From Coprothermobacterota bacterium (lineage in GTDB: Bacteria > Coprothermobacterota > Coprothermobacteria > Coprothermobacterales > Coprothermobacteraceae), in NCBI GenBank assembly GCA_036679065.1, contig JAZIGN010000003.1:192001-256000 (forward strand): a stretch of DNA of 64,000 bases. Direction: 5' to 3'. Made by a program: the position numbers and the translations under genes. The notes below the pieces were generated by a model. That model did not search any database. It was not told where the DNA came from and worked only from the letters and a program-made list of their open reading frames with translations. Shown piece by piece: positions 58,814 through 64,000 of this stretch (the first letter of the stretch is position 1; each line of letters starts with the position of its first letter).

Positions 58814-59722
58814 TTATATCTTAGCAGCCATCAGGGCTTTTGCTATCAGAGAACCCACATAGGCATTGTTCTTTACCAGGGCAATGTTGGTTTCCAAAGT
58901 TTCTCCTTTGGAGTTCTTGGCTAAGTAATCCAGCAAAAATGGGGTAACGTCTTTGCCCTTAATGTTGTTTGCTTTTGCTTGCTGTAAAGCTGCCTCAATG
59001 AGCTGCTCTACTTTTTCTTTTTCCAGAGCCATGTCCTCAGGAGGTGGATTGCCCACCAAAATGGCTTTATCGACCTCCAATGCATCGCGGTCACGTATGA
59101 TCTGAGCCAACTCCCCCGGAGTGTTGACGCTGTGTTCCAGTTTCAGTCCGCTGTGGCCATAATAGAAAGCAGGGAATTCATGGGTTTTGTAGCCCACAAC
59201 CAAAACGCCTTTGGTTTCCAAGTACTCCAGCGTGGCTGGTAAATCCAATATGGCTTTTGCGCCTGCACATACCACTGTTATGGGGATGGAGCCCAATGCC
59301 TCCAAGTCAGTACTTACATCAAAGCTCTCTCGTGCATCGCGGTGCACACCACCTATGCCACCAGTGGCAAAAACTTGAATGCCGGCTTTGTACGCTGCAA
59401 ACATGGTGGCAGAAACAGTGGTGCCACCGTAAAGCTTCTTGGCTGCCGCTACTGACAAATCTTTCAGGCTGATTTTGTGAAGATCTTTTGCTTGACTCAA
59501 GTATGTTATTTCTTCTTCACTTAAGCCCACCTTTATGTCGCCATTTATGACCCCAATGGTAGCTGGCACGGCTCCAGCTTCTTTTACGACTTGTTCAACC
59601 TCTAACGCCGTATGCAAATTTGCAGGGTAGGGCATACCGTGGGTTATTATGGTGGATTCCAATGCAACTACGGGTTTAAGTGTTTCAATGGCTTCTTTTA
59701 CATGTGGTGCAATTTGCAACAT
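58814..59722 (-). CDS. psuG: Pseudouridine-5'-phosphate glycosidase
   Basis: [32 protein letters not shown]. Confidence 0.95.
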   Translation of the reverse strand: MLQIAPHVKEAIETLKPVVALESTIITHGMPYPANLHTALEVEQVVKEAGAVPATIGVINGDIKVGLSEEEITYLSQAKDLHKISLKDLSVAAAKKLYGGTTVSATMFAAYKAGIQVFATGGIGGVHRDARESFDVSTDLEALGSIPITVVCAGAKAILDLPATLEYLETKGVLVVGYKTHEFPAFYYGHSGLKLEHSVNTPGELAQIIRDRDALEVDKAILVGNPPPEDMALEKEKVEQLIEAALQQAKANNIKGKDVTPFLLDYLAKNSKGETLETNIALVKNNAYVGSLIAKALMAAKI

Positions 59723-59759
59723 GTCTTCATACCTCCTCTTTGAGCACTACAATTATAGT

Positions 59760-60572
59760 ATGGTCCTAATTTACGGAGATGTGTTATTGGATGTGTTAAT
59801 TTTCGAGGAATCTCCCAAAGTTTATGCATCGGATGCTCAAGCTAAAGCTTTGGTGGTCCCGGGCGGTTCGGCCTTCAACACAGCTCGTCATGTTGCGCGC
59901 TGTGGCACCAATGTGGGCATTTTAGGGTGTGTGGGCAGCGACGGAGGCTATGGTTTTTTCATGGATGCTGGGCAGCGCTACGGTATTAATATGCTCCTCA
60001 CACAAAAGGAAGGGTTCACGGGTACACTGCTGGTGCGTCACGAGCATGGAGAAAGGAACATGTGGAGTTCTCCAAACGTGGCTCGCAGTTACATAGCTGT
60101 TCCTGATGTGAACATTAATTGGCTACACATTAGCGCATACGCGTTGTTCCACGAAGAAAGCGCAAAGGTGGTTCAGGAGCTGACTGTGAAAGCAAAGAGC
60201 AGTGGAGCTATTCTTTCCGTGGATGCTGCTTCGTATGAGCCACTTAAGCAGCACTTAGATAGTTTTCTACAGGCTACTCGCGGCTTCGATTTTCTCTTTG
60301 CTAACGAGCATGAGATGGAGGTCTTAGCAAAAACTGACTACCATTACAAGCACGTGGTGGTGAAGCAAGGTAGCAGAGGATCCACTGTGGATGGTATACA
60401 TGTGGAAGCGCCTCGGGTGGAGGTGGTGAGTACCTTGGGAGCAGGAGACTGCTTTAACGGCGTCTTCATAGCTGAGGTCTCAAAGGGTGCAGCTTTGGTA
60501 GAAGCTTGCCGAAAGGCTTCAGCGGAAGCAAGCAGGTGGGTTGCTACCGATTTTGAAAGGAGGTATTTCTAA
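59760..60572 (+). CDS. PfkB family kinase, probable pseudouridine kinase
   Basis: PGGSAFN, FANEHE, STLGAGDCF; divergent from psuG. Confidence 0.85.
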   Translation: MVLIYGDVLLDVLIFEESPKVYASDAQAKALVVPGGSAFNTARHVARCGTNVGILGCVGSDGGYGFFMDAGQRYGINMLLTQKEGFTGTLLVRHEHGERNMWSSPNVARSYIAVPDVNINWLHISAYALFHEESAKVVQELTVKAKSSGAILSVDAASYEPLKQHLDSFLQATRGFDFLFANEHEMEVLAKTDYHYKHVVVKQGSRGSTVDGIHVEAPRVEVVSTLGAGDCFNGVFIAEVSKGAALVEACRKASAEASRWVATDFERRYF

Positions 60573-60579
60573 AAGGATC

Positions 60580-61818
60580 ATGGATGCTGATGAGTTCTTA
60601 CTAAACAAGATAAAAGCGTACCAGCCGGTTTTTTGGCGTAACCCGAACAAAGAAGAAGCAGCAAAAGCTTTGAAGCATATACCATTGGGGCTAATGGACA
60701 TTCAAGATGCAGAAAAACGGTTGCACCGATTTGCACCAGCCATAAAGGAGCTTTTTCCAGAAACAAATAACGGTATCATAGAAAGTTCTCACGTGGAACT
60801 CAGACACGCAGAAGAGTTGCATGGAAAGACTTTGGAAGATTTTTCGGGTCCCGTCTACGCAAAATTGGACAATTACCTTCCCATATCGGGATCTGTTAAA
60901 GCCCGTGGTGGCATCTATGAGGTGCTTTGGTTCGCGGAACAAGTTGCTCTACAGGAAGGCATCATAACCCTGGATAGTGATTACCGTGCTTTGCTGACTA
61001 CGGAAGCGCGCAAAGTTTTTAGTGGTTACTCACTGGTAGTGGGCTCCACTGGGAACTTGGGGCTCAGCATTGGAATCATGGGTCGTGCCTTTGGTTTCAA
61101 TGTGGAAGTACACATGTCCAAGGAGGCTGCAGCTTGGAAAAAAGAAAAACTGCGCAGCTTAGGAGCCCATGTGGTTGAACATGAAGGCGATTATTCTTCG
61201 GCAGTAGCTGAAGCTCGGCAAATAGCCAGTAGTAATCCCAAAGCACACTTTGTTGATGACGAAGAGTCGGTCATATTGTTCCTGGGCTATGCGGTGGCGG
61301 GTTTAAGATTGGCACCACAGATTCGACCTCTCTTAGATGAAACGGGTAAGAACCTAAAGGTATATATCCCATGTGGCGTGGGTGGTGCTCCTGGTGGTAT
61401 TGCTTTCGGGTTAAAAGCCACATTGGGTGACAGGGTGGAAGTTTATTTTGCAGAACCCACACATAGCCCGCGCATGCTACTTGCTTTGGCCACTGGCAAG
61501 CTGAGTGACATCAGCGTGGGTGACGTGGGGTTGGATGGAGTAACCGTGGCTGACGGTTTGGCTGTTGGTCGAGCATCAAAGCTGACTACTCCTTGGATGA
61601 TTCATCTCATAGATGGAGCGTTCACAGTCCCTGATGAGTTTATGCTTGACATGGTGCGTTGGCTTTGGGAAAGAGAAGGTATAAAAACAGAGCCTTCGGC
61701 CAATGCTGGGCTGTATGGTTTGGCAGGGGATGGTATCCACATGGTCTGGCTCACCGGCGGCAGCATGGTACCAGAAGACGTCTTTGAAGACTATTTGTCA
61801 AAAAGTCAGCCAATTTGA
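60580..61818 (+). CDS. dsdA: D-serine ammonia-lyase
   Basis: PISGSVKARGGIYEV, VGSTGNLGLSIG, PCGVGGAPGG. Confidence 0.93.
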   Translation: MDADEFLLNKIKAYQPVFWRNPNKEEAAKALKHIPLGLMDIQDAEKRLHRFAPAIKELFPETNNGIIESSHVELRHAEELHGKTLEDFSGPVYAKLDNYLPISGSVKARGGIYEVLWFAEQVALQEGIITLDSDYRALLTTEARKVFSGYSLVVGSTGNLGLSIGIMGRAFGFNVEVHMSKEAAAWKKEKLRSLGAHVVEHEGDYSSAVAEARQIASSNPKAHFVDDEESVILFLGYAVAGLRLAPQIRPLLDETGKNLKVYIPCGVGGAPGGIAFGLKATLGDRVEVYFAEPTHSPRMLLALATGKLSDISVGDVGLDGVTVADGLAVGRASKLTTPWMIHLIDGAFTVPDEFMLDMVRWLWEREGIKTEPSANAGLYGLAGDGIHMVWLTGGSMVPEDVFEDYLSKSQPI

Positions 61819-61825
61819 TTATGAC

Positions 61826-62050
61826 TTAGCCGCCTAACGCAAAAGGAAGTATTAGTAGTACGTCGCCATCTCGTAGCTGTTCTGTTTCTTTTAGTATGGT
61901 GCTATTACGTACCACAAAGCCAATCTCGGAAGGTGGTATGTCCAAAGTCTTTATAAGATCCGCTACGGTGGCTCCAGTAGGAAGCTCTACTTCGCCTGAG
62001 TGGACACCGTAGCGGCTAAAGTAATCATTTACGTGAACTGTAATTCTCAT
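61826..62050 (-). CDS. MoaD/ThiS family sulfur carrier
   Basis: 74 aa, C-terminal GG, follows AOR. Confidence 0.85.
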   Translation of the reverse strand: MRITVHVNDYFSRYGVHSGEVELPTGATVADLIKTLDIPPSEIGFVVRNSTILKETEQLRDGDVLLILPFALGG

Positions 62051-63785
62051 ACTCGTATTGAAGTCTTTGGATGTACATTTGGAGCAGTCTGTTCATGCGC
62101 TCTTCGTCCATTTTGCCCCAGCGTGTTGGTGTTTCAAAAGCTCTCTTCGGAAACTTTTCGTTCTGCAGTGAGTAACCCAGTTTTTGCTTTATGCGTATCC
62201 TGGTAAAGAAGGTTTCTTCAGCCATTTTGTCCAGATCGGCATCTGTGAAGGGTATGCCAATGGCGTTTAAGGCCTTAAGTACTGTTTCTCTGTCATACAC
62301 CTTCCTTGCAAACAAGCAGATGACCAATGACGTGAGCATACACCTTTCTTTCTCTTCCTTTATGATATAGTCTACAATCTCTTCATCGTTCAGCTCTTTA
62401 GCACTTTGGTCGTACTGATAACCAGCATTGCACAGATGTGAGTGCCGAGCTCCAACGGTTTGGCCGAGCGCGAAAGCGTATCCAGTGTGGTATCCTGCCA
62501 TTTCATTACCGCCATAAACTAGTGCAAAATCTTTACCTCCGTAAACTTCTGTGGCTTTAGCTAAGCCGAGCCCCAGCACGTTGTAAAAGTCATTCTTTCT
62601 CTCAGCTAAGTAGTGTACTGCTTTCTTGTAACCATCCGTATTTCCGAATTCTAAAGGTACCATGGTTTGATCAACGCTGATTAGCCCTCTTTCCAGGGCC
62701 TCTGTCGCCCAAGCTAACACCACACCCGTGCTCATGGCATCCAACCCAGTTTCTTCCACTTCGTCGATGAGCTCCAGAACTTCACTAGCTGAGCTTGTGC
62801 CCAACAAACTGCCCAATGCATATATGAGTTCGTGGTCGTAGGATACCGCCAATGATTCGTATTCATAACCTTTATCAAACAGCCTTCTGAATTGTCCTAC
62901 ATGAATACAGCCAATGGGACAGCCCACACAGGATACTTTTCTAACCAGCGTCTGTTCCGCGAAGGTTTCGCCCGAGATGTCATCAGCATGCTCGAATGTG
63001 GACTGCTGTAGGTTTTTGGTAGGCAGGGAGTTAATTGCGTTTAGCACCTTAATGTTTATGGGAGTTCCAATCTCGTGGTACTTCGCCATGAGGTCTGTTT
63101 CCACTACCTTTTTATACAGCCAGCGGAAGGTGGTGTAGTAGTCTTTAAAGTTACGTACAGGAATGTCTGTTTCACCTGTTATGGCTATGGCTTTTAACTG
63201 TTTGCTTCCGAATACGGCTCCCAGTCCTAACCTTCCAAAGTGCCTGTAAGTGTCTACGTTGACTCCAGCGAAACTAACCAGGTTTTCACCCGATACACCG
63301 ATACGCATGATGCTGCGTTTACCTGGTATGCCTTCACGCTCTCTAATAATCCTTCCTACTTCATCAACACCCAGGCCCCAAAGACCACGGGCATCTTTGA
63401 ATTCCACGGAATGGTCAGAAATGCTTAAGTAAGTAGGCCTTTTTGCTCTTCCGGTTATCACAATGGCATCGTAGCCGGCGTTTCTGATGGCCATGGCGGA
63501 CCGACCACCAGCATGGCTTTCACCGTATTCGCCTGTGAGCGGTGAAATGAACGTGGCAACGGTCTTAGTAGCCACTGGGAAAATTGTTGATAAAGGACCT
63601 ATGGCAAAGACGATGGGCTGCTCTTCATGGAGGGGAGGCAGCTCTGGATGCATGTTTTCCTCAAGTAGTTTTGCTGCAACTCCGGTCCCACCTAACAGAT
63701 GAAATAGATCTTTTCGTTCTTCAACAGAGACTTTTTCTTTGGTTAAGTCCACATACAAGACTCTTATGTGATCAGCTCCGAGCAT
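62025..63785 (-). CDS. Second aldehyde:ferredoxin oxidoreductase family protein
   Basis: LGGTG, SPLTG, GRLGLGAVFGSK, CVGCPIGC, GLDAMS. Confidence 0.9.
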   Translation of the reverse strand: MLGADHIRVLYVDLTKEKVSVEERKDLFHLLGGTGVAAKLLEENMHPELPPLHEEQPIVFAIGPLSTIFPVATKTVATFISPLTGEYGESHAGGRSAMAIRNAGYDAIVITGRAKRPTYLSISDHSVEFKDARGLWGLGVDEVGRIIREREGIPGKRSIMRIGVSGENLVSFAGVNVDTYRHFGRLGLGAVFGSKQLKAIAITGETDIPVRNFKDYYTTFRWLYKKVVETDLMAKYHEIGTPINIKVLNAINSLPTKNLQQSTFEHADDISGETFAEQTLVRKVSCVGCPIGCIHVGQFRRLFDKGYEYESLAVSYDHELIYALGSLLGTSSASEVLELIDEVEETGLDAMSTGVVLAWATEALERGLISVDQTMVPLEFGNTDGYKKAVHYLAERKNDFYNVLGLGLAKATEVYGGKDFALVYGGNEMAGYHTGYAFALGQTVGARHSHLCNAGYQYDQSAKELNDEEIVDYIIKEEKERCMLTSLVICLFARKVYDRETVLKALNAIGIPFTDADLDKMAEETFFTRIRIKQKLGYSLQNEKFPKRAFETPTRWGKMDEERMNRLLQMYIQRLQYEYENYSSRK

Positions 63786-63789
63786 GTTC

Positions 63790-63999
63790 TTACGCCTCCT
63801 CCATAGCTAAGCATTCATGTGGACAAAGCTGCACACATGCTCCACATTGTTTGCAAATGATAGGTTTTTTAGCTTGCTTGTCCATGGCAATGGCTCCCAC
63901 AATGCACGCTGGCACGCATTTCTCGCAGCCAATACATTTCTTCGCATCAAATAAGACGCCTCCTCCGGGTCGTGGCGTCAGAGCCCGTGTTGGGCACGC
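63790..63999 (-). CDS. 4Fe-4S polyferredoxin subunit of the AOR module (5' end outside window)
   Basis: Manual translation ACPTRAL..CIGCEKCVPAC..CKQCGACVQLCP..EEA*. Confidence 0.88.
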   Translation of the reverse strand, partial: ACPTRALTPRPGGGVLFDAKKCIGCEKCVPACIVGAIAMDKQAKKPIICKQCGACVQLCPHECLAMEEA

Positions 64000-64000
64000 C

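Noticed and set aside
59649..59759. Long start for the PfkB kinase overlapping psuG
   Set aside because: Antisense overlap with psuG; family similarity begins at ATG 59760
1..64000. CRISPR arrays, rRNA/tRNA genes, IS elements, integrases, known defence systems
   Set aside because: No spaced direct repeats, cloverleaf motifs, or transposase/integrase ORFs found by eye

Overview
Origin-proximal chromosomal segment of an anaerobic, probably thermophilic bacterium. Gene content is reminiscent of Coprothermobacter, but this is my impression and was not checked. dnaA (minus strand) is flanked on both sides by DnaA-box clusters, with two perfect parS palindromes nearby, but lacks its usual rpmH/dnaN neighbours. 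The rest is mostly metabolic: TldD/PmbA, two aldehyde:ferredoxin oxidoreductase-MoaD modules, PcrA, peroxiredoxin, cysEK, trpBA, an Ula-type PTS, an ECF sigma/ABC cassette, a 7-gene methionine operon using the archaeal-type aspartate-semialdehyde-to-homocysteine route, nrdDG, thiDME, an NfrB-like glycosyltransferase with a MshEN domain, a Rieske/CrtI-like pair, an orphan ERF recombinase, rlmD, psuG/PfkB and dsdA. Several genes are decayed or frameshifted. The best candidates for undescribed biology are below the ORF-track size cut-off or visible only at residue level. (1) A Met/Cys-rich leader peptide (MDFFCSFSMSMIMCTNAPGGAPGV) with mutually exclusive antiterminator and terminator hairpins precedes the met operon, i.e. 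a candidate ribosome-mediated methionine attenuator. (2) A 47-aa Trp-rich leader peptide precedes trpBA, whose TrpA has lost its catalytic Glu and phosphate-binding motifs, suggesting an indole-salvage operon with a pseudo-enzyme subunit. No CRISPR array, rRNA, tRNA or transposase was seen. All calls come from manual reading of the sequence; no searches were run.
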